Part shown: piece by piece, positions 23,464-36,846 of the stretch | Layout: every line of letters begins with the position of its first letter | Numbering within the stretch: the stretch's first letter is position 1 | Assembly (NCBI GenBank): GCA_043228905.1 | Contig: JBHGNT010000007.1 | Location: 7,626,001 to 7,690,000, forward strand | Origin: Azolla caroliniana | Taxonomy: Eukaryota; Plantae; Polypodiophyta | Reading direction: 5' to 3' | DNA: 64,000 bases | The notes under the pieces: generated by a model | What the model saw: only the letters and a program-made list of their open reading frames with translations | What the model was told of the DNA's origin: nothing | Database searches by the model: none | Position numbers and translations under genes: made by a program

Positions 23464-25379
23464 CGATACATATTAACGTCTTTTGAGAGAGAGAGAGAGA
23501 GAGAGATCATGGAGAGCTATAGAGAAAAAACAGGCTGGAATGAAAGGAACCCCACAACTTTATCTTCCTTTTTTTCTTGTTTTAGGTATTTAGCAGGAGA
23601 AAGTTTAAGAGGAAGGACGGCTGTGTGTCAGAGACAGAAACGCAGGGGAGGGGGGGGGAGCTCCATAAAAACCCTAAATTTGGTTATACATATAAAACCT
23701 GAATCCAGCCATTGATGCCATCTTCTTCTTCTTCTTCTTCTTTCTTGGTGGATCCAATGCCACTAACCTCTCTCATTTGTCAAATGGACAACCATAAAAA
23801 TGTATAGCTTTGTGGGACACTCTCTCGATCGAGTCATAGTGTGTGAAACTGACTGGAGACTCCCCGGATTGTGAGTGTCTGACCAATTCCTAGTTTCGGC
23901 TCCTAGAGTTGTAACGTGTGGACATTGCCGAGACTCTCAAGAGTTGCATGAGCTGGGATGTGCGGACATTGCCTAAGACTTTCAGGAACTGCTAGAGCCA
24001 GGACTCTCGGGAGCCGCCAGAGCCGGGACGTGTGGACATTGCTCGAGACTCTCCGGAGGTGTCGCCAAAGAGAGTCGGGATGTGTGGACATTGTCAGGAC
24101 TATCAAGATTGTGGACCGATCGGCTCCTAGTTGTGGCCACAGTCGCATTTCCTTGACACCGATCAAACCATTACGCTTGGTTTTCATTCAAGCTCTATCC
24201 AAAGTTGTCTGTCCTTTTTATGAGCGAAGGAGATTGGCCTTCATGGTACAATATGTTTGCTAAAGAGTAATGGCAAGTTGACTTTGAAAAGCATACGGAA
24301 TTGATTTATTGCCAATGTGGGACATCCTTAATAATAACGATATTTTGGATGTACAAATGGTTGTAGATCATGTGAAGGAATCCAAGATCTGACAATCATG
24401 TAAGTCAATCATTTCTGCCCAACTCACATCTCATACGGTATCACATTTTGGTGCAAGGACGACATGCCACACTTTAACATTGGGGATATGCGTTATGTCA
24501 CTTGTGTATGTTAATCTTAAGTATTCTTCCCAAGCACATGCATTTCTTGGTTGATCCCCTCCTCTATGCCAACATCGTTTAGCGAGGGTGAATTGATGTC
24601 TACTCTACTACAAGAGACACGAATAGATATGGGCATCAATCATATCTAAGCTTAGTGGTACAAATATTGTTCACAAATTTGGGCACTTCATTAAACATCA
24701 TATTGAGTCAAGAAGCTCTTACACTTAACTCTAAAGACATAATCAATATGTTGACCAACTTAAAAAATATGAAAAATACAGTAAAGGCAACAAACTTCAA
24801 CTAAATTTAGTTGTCAAGCTTAGTTATTATGAGAAGATCAAGTACTTAAGACTCAAGCCCGTCACTTCAAGCGTAGAGAAAGAGAGGCTAGAGAATTATC
24901 TAAAGTTCGAAAATTCAAGAGCTATTGAGAGGAGCTCTAGTGGAGAGTAAGGTGAGAGTAGAACCAAGGTTGTGGAGCTCTAGGTGTGGGAAGAAAATGC
25001 AAATGTGGAAGAGAGAAAGAAAGAGAGCACACATAAAACATAAGACATTAATCCACTCATAGTGGAGGGGTCACCTCTCCCCTTTATATACAATATACAA
25101 GTGCGAAAAGGGACAAAAGTGTATGTGGCGCACATTACCCTTCAACATGCACCCCGTAATGGGTAGTACATATGGTAGGAGGGATGCACAACAATAGTCA
25201 GAATATATAGAGAGAAGAAAACACCCCCATAAAGTAAGTATCATCTTATTTCTGCAATCACCAATAGAGAGAAACCATGGTTGGAAGGTCTGAGCAACAA
25301 CCGAGGTGCATGTCCCAATGTAAAGGTTACGATTGGGGATGTGTCCGACAATCAAAACTTCTTCATCCACAAGAAATCC

Positions 25380-26520
25380 TTCTAACTAGTAATCCTAGGG
25401 CAGTCCTACATCACACTAGCACGGATGGACACTAAGATGATTGACAATGAAGCGGCATTCTCTAGGATCTGGAGTCAAGATGGGAAGATGGGAAGATGAG
25501 AGGAACAAGGAGCATCTATGGGATCATCCACTGCAAGATGTGGAGGATTTCCTATAGAATTTCTAGGACAGGGACTATCTAATTGGTAAAAAGTGATTTT
25601 AGAGACGAATTGTTTACCAGTTCTCGGAATTTTTGCAAATTGCAATATTCAGCACCCAAACAATGTTTACATGGTGTGTCTATATCAAATCCATCAACCT
25701 TGAGGTTCGACATATCTTGGGAGAAAAGAATGCAATAGCTAATATGTTGTCTAGGGCAAGATGTGAAGATGAGGAAGTAGGGGAATCCGATAATGAAGAA
25801 GAAGGGCAATCAACTTTAGCCATAAATGCAATTAGAGGGGGTGAGGAGTTCAAGGAAAAAGAATTTATGAAGAATTTAAAGAGATTGGGAAGTATCTACA
25901 AGCGTTGTGGAAAGAAGGAACCTAGAGACAGGAAAACCACATGAGAATTTATGCAACCAAGAGCAATGGGAGCAAATATTAAAGGAGTTGCATGACATGG
26001 AGTGAGTTGGGCATCATGGAGTCTGGGTAACATTTAGAAAAATAAAGGAAATATATTGGTCGGAATTCTACAATGAAATTAAGAGTATGTTGAAACATGC
26101 CAAACGTGTCAATTCTACTCCAACATTAAGTATAGGGATGAGTTGCACCCAACCTACTTGCCGGGTGTACACTACAAGTAGATGGTGGATATGGTGGCGA
26201 TGCCGATGGGGGCAAGTTAGAAGAAATTATTGGTGTTAACCAAAGAAGACCTTACAAATTAATGGTATAAAAGAGAGCACTAAGATCCAAGATCACACCG
26301 GCAATATGTCAATTTATACCATAGGATACATTGTATAGATATAGGTGTGTAGGAAAGATAGTGGCCGATAGACATGAGCTCAATTCGGACGAAGCACGAG
26401 AATTCTTTGATACTATTGGAATTCTGCTATCATTGACGACTGCACATAATCATGCGGCGAATGGGAAGATAGAAAGAATTCATGGTCTCGATAGTCAAGG
26501 CAATTGCAAAACATGGTTCA
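25380..26520 (+). mobile_element. Highly degenerate Gypsy pol remnant (protease tail, RNase H end, integrase)
   Basis: ILGQSYIT..., WCVYIKSINLEVRHILGEKNAIANMLSR, GHHGVW...CQTCQ and YRYRCVGKIVADRHEL...NGKIERIHG, with many stops and deletions. Confidence 0.7.
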
Positions 26521-26619
26521 ACAAGCATATCAAGAAAAAGGCAACATTGTCGTGAGGTAAATTGCCTCGATGTAGAAACAAACTCAAATATTATATCAAG
26601 TGATATTTGTGAGGCTTGA

Positions 26620-27240
26620 ACCTGTAAGCTTATAGATAAAGCATAAGGTATAAACCATTAGGATAAGTTATTCCATAGACGGTGATTCAAATCAGTAGGA
26701 TAGTTATCATGCATCACATGTAACCCATGTCTGCCAAATGGCAATCATATATCACATTCATCACATGCATATCATGCACCCTCACATACATCACATGTAT
26801 GTGAGCGCCTATATAAAGAGAGGGGAGGGAAGCATGTAGGCATAAGACCAGTAGATAATTGGGCAAGCAAACAATCGATCAAATGAATAATTGATCAAGT
26901 AATCAAGCTAGCTCATCTGTGAAATGTCTTGTCTTTCAAAATTGAAGTCAAAACTTCACACTAGAGTTTGGCAAAGATAAAGTATCATCTTTGCGTTTGA
27001 GCATTGTAATTGTAATAAAATCATGTGCTCTCAATATAATAAAGCTTGCTCTTATGATATACTCTTGTTTTAGTTACACCCTTGTATTCTCAATGTAATA
27101 AAGCTTGTTCTTATCATATACCCTTGCTTCTTGAATCATACATTATCTCTATCCTTGTCCATGCTCTCTCTCTCTCGACTTTTGTTACGAACTCTCCTCG
27201 TACAAAATCAGGCTTGCGGTTTGATGCATCGAACATGAAT
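26620..27240 (+). repeat. Possible LTR remnant
   Basis: TATA-like CCTATATAAAGAGAGGGG at ~26808 and duplicated AATAAAGCTTG blocks. Termini and TSD are not resolved. Confidence 0.35.
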
Positions 27241-27249
27241 TGTACAACA

Positions 27250-27575
27250 ATACAAATCATGGACCGATGCTCACATCATATTTTATTAATTGCACACTTC
27301 AACAATAATGCCATCATTGTCATGTTTGTTGATCTTCTACAACACCCACAAGTACTATAGCAAAGCATTTGGCGAAAAAACATTGTCTGTTACACAATCT
27401 AAACCAAAATTCAAGCATTTCACAATCCATTCAATTTTCTATTGAATTTGCTAAAGTATCTTGTGTTTTAGAGAAGAAAATTGATGGTGCCATCATGAAG
27501 TATATTGTGAAGGGAACATTGCCCCATGCACATGTGGAATCACCTAAATTTAAGGAGTTCATACATAACTTGTAC
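27250..27575 (+). mobile_element. hAT transposase fragment homologous to the element at 49267-59280
   Basis: NQNSSISQSIQFSIEFAKVSCVLEKKIDGAIMKYIVKGTLPHAHVESPKFKEFIH aligns by eye with NQNSGISQQIQSSIESAKVSRVLENKIDAAITKYIVMGILPHAHVESLEFKEFIH in ORF 56131-56865. Confidence 0.85.
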
Positions 27576-27843
27576 ATGGGAGTAGAAACAATTAGCTATG
27601 TCCTTGACATAGGTAATTAGCTATGCAAAAGGTTACTAGTGATAACTAGTCTTTTTTGCACCATGAATGAAAACATTAGAATGTTTTAATGATATAAATG
27701 AGCACCATAAATGCGCAACATAAATATGCATCATAAATGGAAATGTGCACCATAAATTATATACCAAAATCCTAGGTCCATTATGCATGATCCATTTCCA
27801 CATCACGTTGGTCATCACTTTATGACTATTCAGTCTTAGATTA

Positions 27844-28545
27844 CTGCCACTGTTCGCTCCTATTGAGTTCATTCCTCCATTGTCGCCATTCTACACTCAG
27901 TTGCCACCACTATTCATTCCTGGATTGTTGCCATTGTTCGATTTGACGGAGTTCACTCCACTGCGCCATTCTACACTCAATTTCCGCCACTGTTCGGTCT
28001 TGGATTGTTGCCACTATTCAATCCGACGGAGTTCACTCCTCCATTTCCGCCATTCTACACTCAGTTGCCATCACTGTTCAGTTTTGGATTGTTGCCATTG
28101 TTTGATCCGACGGAGTTCACTCCTCCATTGCCGCCATTCTACACTCAGTTTCCACCACTATATGGTTCTGGATTGCTGCCACTGCTCGATCCGGCAGAGT
28201 TCACTCCTCCATTGCCGCCATTCTACACTGAGTTGTTGCCACTGTTCGGTCCTGGATGATTGTCATTGTTTGATCCGACAGAGTTCACTCCATTGTCACC
28301 ATTGCACTTTCAGTTGCCGCCATTGTTTGGTCCTAGATTGTTGCCACTATTCGATCCTAGTTTGTTGCCACTGTTCGATCCAACGGAGTTCACTCCTCCA
28401 TTGTCGCCATTCTACACCCAGTTGCTACCACTGTTTGGTTCTGGATTGTTGCCACTGTTCGATCCGACTAAGTTCACTCCTCCATTGTCACTCTCAGTTG
28501 CTGCCACTATTCGGTCCTGGATTGCAATAATTGTTCGCTCCGACA
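27844..28545. repeat. Higher-order tandem array: ~84-bp units built from ~21-bp TTGCCACTGTTCG-like subunits
   Basis: CATTCTACACTCAGTTG and GGAGTTCACTCCTCCATTG recur with an ~84-bp period, about 8 units. Confidence 0.88.
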
Positions 28546-28629
28546 AGTAGCCATTGCAACTACATCTTCTTCTGTTGATTATCTTATGTATTGTTGTGTA
28601 TAATTTTGTTTATAATATTCGTTTGTCAA

Positions 28630-31600
28630 TGTAAAGAATCGGATATGATTCTTGTGTAGCGGAAGAGATGTGTGTTATGTGTATGTGTGAGAAGAAGGAG
28701 ATGAGAAGAGAAAACACAAGATAGATTAGATAGGATGGGAAATAGAATACTCAAGAAGAAGGTGTATATTCACAAGTAGAATAGCAAATACAAAATGTAG
28801 CATTACAAGGAGTCACAACTGACTTAGTATCAAGTACGAGAAGGGTGCTTTATATAAGGTCACCCTCTCTCTTCATTAACTCACTACAACAACTACTCTC
28901 TCTTGGGGAATGTGAAGACTCATAGTCATGGGGAATATCGAACTCATTAGTTATGTGTCGTAGTTATGATTCTATGACACATAGTTAATGTGTAGAGAGT
29001 AGTGGTGTGGCTCTTGACCTTTGAGTGATCATAGATTCTCAAAGGGTGTGTTCACACATTGCACTAGGTTGAGCTTGATTCTCAACACACCCCCTCAAGC
29101 TCAACTTGGGTCGGTTCCTTTTGGTTGATGTCCGCTTCGGTTGGTATCAAGTTCGGACGATCTCCGGTGTCCGCTTCGGCTCATACCCGGTTCGGACGGT
29201 ATCCGGTTCTCTCTTGTACTCCCCCTCAAGCTTGGCATGTCAGGGATCGTCAATACAAGGTTTGACATGAATTGCCGAAGCGTGTCGACTCCTAGGGCCT
29301 TGGTGAAGATGTCGATCGTCTGAAGATTCGTGTTGATGTGTTGAAGGTTGACATCTCCGGCCTGTACGCGCTCTCGAATGAAATGATAGTGCACTTCAAT
29401 ATGCTTTGTGCATGCGTGGAACACCGGGTTCCGAGTCCAAAAAAATATTGCTCATGTTGTCGCAGTAAAGGAGAGTCGAATCCTTGATGAGAACGCCTAG
29501 ATCCTTCAAAATCCTCTTGAGCCATACGGCTTCACATGTAGCCACGACTGCTCCCCTTTATTCGGCCTCTGTGCTCGAAAGTGCAACGGTAGGCTACTTC
29601 TTACTACTCCAAGATATTGCTCCGCTGTTGAGAGAGAAAACAAATCCGGAGGTTGATCATTGATCGGCCTTGTAGTCGGCCCAGTCGGCATCTGTGTACC
29701 CTTCAAGTCGAATTGGTGTGGCCGATTTGTAGAGAATTCCGTGATCCATTGTGTCGCTCATGTATCGTAATACTCGCTTAGCACAATCGAAATGGATATC
29801 TTGCAGAGTTTGCATGAATTGGCTAAGGAGTCTGACTGGATAGTTAAGGTCAGGTCCAATGATCGTGAGATAGATGAGGCTCCCGATCAGTTGACAATAT
29901 TGAGTCGGCTTGCACTCGTCTGTGTCAGAATCAACATCTATTTTGAGGTTTTGATCGAGAGGGGTTGCCACAGATTTGCACTCAGCCATCCCGAACTTGT
30001 TTAACAAGTTGAGGATGTAATGCCATTGAGAGATCATAATGTCGGTCGAAATCCGAATTACTTCGATTCCAAGGAAGTAATGGAGCTCCTTCATGTCCAT
30101 CAAGTTCTTCGAGTTCCAATTCGATGAAGATATTGTGTTATCTTTGAGTGCCAAGCACGCGGTGCTTGCTTAAGGCCATAAAGTGGCTTCTTCAGTCAGT
30201 AGACTGCTTTTGGATGGATGTTCGATTCGAAGCCGGGTGGTTGTACCATGTACACCTCCTCTTCTAATTCGCCTTGAAGAAAGGCGTTCTTTACGTCCAT
30301 TTGATGGAGGTGCCACACTTTCGCCGCTGCAAGTGCAATCAATCATCATCTTTACCACAGGGGCAAAGGTCTCTTCATAGTCGACTCCATGTGTTTGTGC
30401 GTATCCTTTCGCTACGAGTCGGGCTTTGTAGCAGTTGACGGAACCGTCTGCATTATACTTCACCTTGTAAATCCATCTGCAACCAATTGCCTTCTTGTGC
30501 GGTGAGTGGGGAACGAGATCCCATGTCTCGTTCTTGCATTGTGCCCGCATCTCCTTGTTCATTGCTTCGAACCATCATGGATCCTTGACTACTTCCGAAA
30601 AACTTTCCGGTTCTCGAACTGTCGCCACCTTCATCATAAAGGCATAGTGGTATGCCATATAATCGTCGTAGCCGAATCGACTATCAGGATTCTTCTCACG
30701 GGTGGAACGATGGAGTTTTTCGTTTGTCGTGGCAATGGCTTTCTTTATGCTAGGTGTCCTCATGATAGGTACATCAAAGCCATTGAACTCACTATGGAGG
30801 GAGTGAGTTGATTCGTTGCCGTTGAATTGATCGTCCTCATACTCCGGCATTTTCACCTTGCCTTTGTCCATCTTCAGACTAGACCGAGATGTGCTTTGGT
30901 CGCTCGGGGGCTCTTGTGACCCACTAAGCTTTATCGTAATCGGACTTTCTTCAAACATGTGTTCGAGTCGATCTCCATCTTCTATCTCTTGTTCGGCGGA
31001 TTCCGGGTTGTGCGGGATCAAACTTGAAGTTGTCTCTAGTGCGTACCAGGATGTTGACTCGTCGAAAACGACATCTCCACTTACTCTAACTTTTCGAGCA
31101 GATGGGTTATAGCACTTGTACCATTTTTCTCCAATGAGTATCCTACGAGGATACATTTCTCTGACTTTGAATCGAGCTTTTGTCGCTTCTCGTCGGGGAT
31201 GTGCACGTATGCAATGGAGCCGAATATCCGAACATGTGATAGATCGGGCTTCTTTCCGAAAAACTTCCCGTGCGGGGTAACCTCATGCACTTCGGATGTC
31301 ATGCACTGATTCATGAGGTAGACGACAATATTCGCTGCTTCGGTCCAATATGACTTCAACAAGTGCTTTTCGTTCATCATGGCCGGTGCTACTTCGAGGA
31401 TGTGCCAATTCTTTTGTTCGGCTACTCCATTCTGTTGTGGCGTATGTCGACACGAAAAATCTCGTTGAATTCCTTCTTTTTGTAGAAAAGCCGAAAATTT
31501 GTCGGAGAAGTACTCCTTTCCTCCATCTGACCGAAGACATCGTACATGTCAGCCCGTGGCTTTCTCGACTTCATTCTTAAATTTTTGGAAGTGTTCGAAC

Positions 31601-33897
31601 ACTTCACTCTTTTGACACATGGGGTAGATCCAGGTGTGTTTGGAGAAGTCATCAATGAAGGCCACATAGTATCGGCATCCGCTGAATGTAGCCATTTGAG
31701 TTGGTCCCCATACATCAGAATGAATGATGTCGAGTACGTCTTTGCTCACGTTCCTCTCCTTCGGGAACGGGTGTCAATGTTGTTTGCCGAATTGGCAAGC
31801 TGCACACACGCCTTCAATCTCCTTCTCTTTGAAGGTCGGGAGCCCGATGATGACTCCTTTGATTGCATCGCCTTGAGTTTATTGAGATTGACGTGGCCAA
31901 TCCACTTGTGCCATAGCTCTATGTCGGAATCGGCTTTCGTGCCTTTTGCAAACATGGTCGATTTCATCTCATGCGAGTCGAGAATGAACATTCAGCCCTC
32001 TCTTCGCCCGCGAGTGATGAGTCAACCCTCTTTCTCGATGAAGCAACCACCTTGATTAAATCGAATTCGCATCCCTTACTCAACAATTTGGCCAACAGAG
32101 ACCAAATTCTTCGTAATGGTGGGTACATGCAAGACATTCTTTTGGTTACCTTCTTTGCCGAATGAGACATTGCCGATGTGTCAAATCGGATGCGTAGTGT
32201 CGTCTCCGGTTTCGACATAGCCGGCTCGGTCCGGCTCTCGAAGTTCTCGGAACCATTCTTGATGAGACGTCATATGGTTCGATGCACCAGAGTCGACAAA
32301 CCATACATATTTTGGACGAGAGGCACTAGTTGAAGTAGAAGCCGACATAGAATTTGCTCTATGTCTCATCACGAACAATCCACCATGATCATCATAGTCG
32401 GAGTTGGTTGCGTAATTGGTGAGTTATCGGCTAGTGGAAGCCGACTTGCGCATCTTCTTTTGGCACTCTTCTTCATGGTGGCCGAGTTTGTCGCAATATC
32501 CGTATTCGATCGAGTTTTGTTGGTTCGGACCGGAATGGAAGCTCCCCCTTCCTCCGAAGGTTCCTTGATGGCTTCCGTCTTGTTGCTGAAATTGGGAGTT
32601 GTTTTCGTGAGTCGAACCTCGTCCGCTTCGTCCTTGACCGAATCGGCCTCTTGCTCGGCCGCGTCCTCTTCCTCCGTTCGAATGCATGTAGAGCATGTGG
32701 CCTTCTGAGGCATTGCTCCTTGTTTGAACATGGTTTTCTTCGACCAAAACCATGGATTGAAGATCGAAGACAAAGGGAGGATTCTCCCTTGCTAGTACGG
32801 CGGTCCGCCGAACCATGGTGCAAGTCCACCGAGGCATATTTGCACCATCTCATCATCCTCCACGTTGATGCTTATCGAGTCGAGCGAGTCACAAAGCTCC
32901 TTGATCTTCAGGTGTAGGTCGTGATGGACATATCCCTTTGTTGGATGTTGTTCGACTCTTGGCGGAGTTGAAGCTTTCTCGGGGTTGTGTTGGCGACGAA
33001 AATCTTTCGTTGATTTTCCCACACTTCCTTCGGCGTCTTAGATTTTCGAATGTAGCCGAACATGTGGTCGTGAACACATGTCGCCAAGCAATACATTACT
33101 CGACTCATCGCTTGCTCCCATGCTGAGTAGTCGGTGTCCTTCGAGTTGGGTCAAATTTCTTGTGCTCCTTTGATGTAACTCCAATATCCTTGACCGACAA
33201 GGTATTGGTGCATCTTGTACTCCTAAGATGCAACGTTGTTTTGATCCAACTTCTCGTTAGGGAGGGCTCCCCATTTGAGTATTCATTGTCGATGAAGCTT
33301 TCTTTCTTCTTTTCCTTCTCTCTCAAACACGAGCTATGTAGTCCCACTACGATAATGATGAGCCAGTTCTTCTTGAACGTCGGCATAAAACACAACATAC
33401 GCGGATCGGCTTGATCGAGCTACCAAATTGCTCTGATACCATGTAAAGAATCGGATATGATTCTTGTGTAGAGGAAGAGATGTGTGTTATGTGTATGTGT
33501 GAGTGAGAGGAAGGAGATGAGAAGAGAAAACACAAGATAGATTAGATAGGATGGAAAATAGAATACTCAAGAAGGTGTATTTTCACAAGTAGAACAACTA
33601 CAAAATGTAGCATTACAAGGAGTCACAACTGACTTAGTATAACATAGGAGAAGGGTGCTTTATTAAGGTCACCCTCTCTCTTCATTAACTCACCACAACA
33701 ACTACTCTCTCTTGGGGAATGTGAAGACTCATAGTTATGGGGAATATGGAACTCATTAGTTATGTGTCATAGAATATGATTCTATGACACATAGTTAATG
33801 TGTAGAGAGTAGTGGTGTGACTCTTGACCTTTGAGTGATAATAGATTCTCAAAGGGTGTGTTCACACGTTGCACTAGGTTGAGTTTGATTCTCAACA
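28630..33897 (-). mobile_element. Full-length, degenerate Ty1/Copia LTR retrotransposon
   Basis: LTRs 28630-29087 and 33442-33897 with perfect TSD GTCAA (28625-28629 and 33898-33902). PBS TGGTATCAGAGC (33430-33441) and PPT GAGGGGGTG next to the 3' LTR. Gag, protease WFVDSGASNHMT, integrase [19 protein letters not shown] and RNase H HIEVHYHFIRE, with many frameshifts. Confidence 0.96.
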
Positions 33898-33979
33898 GTC
33901 AATAACCGGTTTGCATGTGGTTTAGTAAATTGCTACATGTCTATTTTTTGTTTCAATTTACTAATGAATATTTCAAGCC

Positions 33980-36846
33980 AAATGGAAGGGGAAGGACAGT
34001 GTTTACCAACAACCCTCATGGATCAACAAGATAGGGATGATGCTATCAGTACACAACAAGCGATACAAAAGTATTGGGCAGAAAAAAAAGGAAACATTGT
34101 CAAATGTTGAGCGATAAGAAAGACATGTTCACTAAAGGTAAGGATAGTATTCGTTGCGATGTAGGTCTGAATACCACCGAGAATGGAAGTAATGAGACTA
34201 CTATCGTAGAGAGAGAAAGGTTGTAGACTATTTCAATGTTCAGACCAAGCACATCAGCAATGAAGACAAGAAGGTATTGTTTTATGGAATATTAAATGAT
34301 CCATTGATAAAGGAGTTAGTTGATTGTGATGGTCTTAATGCAAACATAACATCTGTACTAGTAAATAATCTTTGTAATAGTTTCGTATCCATGAGCAGGT
34401 CAGAAGATGATCTTGTCTTAAAAATGTCCAATCTAATGATGTTACTTAATCAAGATGTTGACGATCTTAACATCAATGTGTTATCTAAGGTAATTGGTGT
34501 TAGTAGAAAAAGTGGCTACAATACAATGAACTAGATTATTTCAAGCGGTGAAGGAACTAGTTTGCTGAAGCTAACAAGAAGATGTAAGCCAATGACACCC
34601 ATAACATCAAAAATCAAGAATATAATCACCATATTTTGTACTAATGAGAGTAGGGTTTCACCCAATAAGAAGGATATATGCAGGAAACGTGTTGGAAGGA
34701 GTCAATACGAGGAGCATCCCATTCATCTTCTTGATGTAACTCAGGTATTTACATTTATCTCAACTTTTGTTTTGATTTTTGAGCATATTGTCACAAGTCT
34801 ATACACTATTGAGATTAGAATCACTAGGCAATTAGCTACATCAAGGATCAGGCATAACTAATTAGCGATATACGGTATTGGCCATAGCTAATTAACGACA
34901 TACGGTATTGGCCATAACTAATTTGCTACATTTGGTAGGGGCATAGCTCGTTAGCAACATTAGGTCTAGATAGTTATGTCTCGTACTTAACTACATAAGA
35001 GGTTTAGTTAATTGTGTCTCCTACTAGCTACAGGTAATAGCTAGTTCGCTACAACCGTTGCTAATTAGCATCAAAATATGACCATTATTAGCTAACTAGG
35101 TATTATCAACTAATTAGCTACATCAAAATATGATCATAGCTAACTAGCTACTGGAAATAGCTAACTAGCTATTGGTAATAGGTATTTATCTACTCTTAAT
35201 AGCTAATCAGCTACTCTTAATAGCTAATTAATTATTGGCAATAGCTAACTAGCTATTATCAACTAATTAGCTACATCAGAATATGATCATAGCTAACTAG
35301 CTACTGGAAATAGCTAACTACCGTGGTAATAGCTAATTAGCTACACGAGAGAATGACCATAGCTAATTAGCTACCATACTATATCTAACTAGCTACTGGT
35401 AATAGCTAATTAGGTATTGGTAATAGAATACTCATTGGACTCCCTTTTTATTACGCGGGCCGATTTATTTACTAGGTTCAGGCGAATGCATCCAAATATC
35501 AAAGTTCAACTATGAACATTCGAGTTTCTTAAGCCACACTTTGTGAAACGCTTAAAGGATCGATACACAGGTTGTTGCATTTACCATGTACAAATGGGTT
35601 TTCTCAAGGACTCTGTTAATCTACTACGTCACCATAGCTCCTCCCTAGAGGATGCAGTTTGCACTTGTGAGTGCACAATTTGTCGATCTAGCCTGCAAGA
35701 GCACTGTAAGTCATCAGAGCATGTTATCTCTTCCATGAGTGGTCTTTTAGATTCACTATTGTGTCCAAGAGAATCTGAGGCTATCTTCCACAGTTATAAA
35801 TGTGTCATGGGTTTATGTCAAGATTGTGGACCTAGTAGATTTAGGTGGTGTCCAAAATAGTTGAGTAGTGAAATATTAATCTCTGTCAAGTTATTTGAGT
35901 TTGTGGACACTAATTTCGAAGGAAAGGTGTGTAAAAGAAAGGATCTAGTTCGGAAGTCACTTAAACCAAGGGATTTGGCATCTCTAGGAAAGTTCATTAA
36001 ACACAACTTCATTTATTAATAGCAGGGCCATCAGTTTAAGACTTGCATATCTGATTTTCCAAATGATGTAGTAGTCTCAGTAATAGATTTCACAGAGAAT
36101 TATATTTTCAGGCAGTAGAATGAAATTCAATCCATGCATTGGTGTTCAGTGCAAGTAACCATTTTTGTGCACATAACATATTTTCGAGTTTCAGGTGATG
36201 TTAAGAAAGTAATTCATTTTTTATTTCTGATGCCAAGAAGCATGATACCTTGTTTGTACAACACTATTTTAAGTTACATTGGCAATGGTTATTATGTCAA
36301 CATTTGGACCTAGCTCAACATTGGGTATGGTTTGACGGAGCTGCATCACAATTGAAGGCAAGACGTCCATTTTATTTTGTTAGGAGGTATCCTTCTGTAA
36401 CAAGTTTGGAGATGAGATGGAATTTGTTTGGGTCTGGCCATGGTAAAGGTGAACATGATGGAGCAGGTGCAGTTATAAAGTGGGCAGTTACCCATGAACA
36501 ACTAAAGGCAAATGGCGTGCATATGAATTGTGCAACACATGTAGTCGAATTTTTAAGAGCTAATACGTCAACGAGTGCAACTGGTGTTTACCTCGCAGGT
36601 CCGAGATATCAAACACGTATTTTGGGAAGTGAGGATAGATGAAGTAAATAGGGAGAAGACATGGGAATGCCAAGGAATTCCCGAATTGTGATCTCTCCAT
36701 GTTGTTCGGGGGGGTTATTCTAGGTTGGATGGTCATTGTATTGTGGTTAGAGAATTAACTTGTTTTTGCTTCCATTGTGTGCAGGGGAATTGGAGGTATT
36801 GTTTAAACAAAGCATATATTCAGAATTGGGAATACCATACATTGAA
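33980..36846 (+). pseudogene. Degenerate DDD-type DNA transposase, probably Sola2-like, with one intron (~34745-35476)
   Basis: Motifs DFTENY..Q*NEIQSMHW..QVTIFVH (from ~36086), FISD..KHD, WFDGAASQLK, WNLFGSGHGKGEHDGAGAVIK and a C-terminal CFCFHC. Cys-rich region upstream. Several stops. Truncated by the LTR at 36847. The superfamily call rests on recalled motifs. Confidence 0.65.
34830..35430. repeat. TAGCTAA(C/T)TAGCTA-rich repeat array in the transposase intron
   Basis: Many quasi-palindromic TAGCTAATTAGCTA motifs in short tandem units. Confidence 0.85.

Noticed and set aside
27880-28550. Cys/His-rich metallothionein-like or Pro/Leu-rich protein
   Set aside because: These are translations of an 84-bp satellite, lacking a credible start or gene context.
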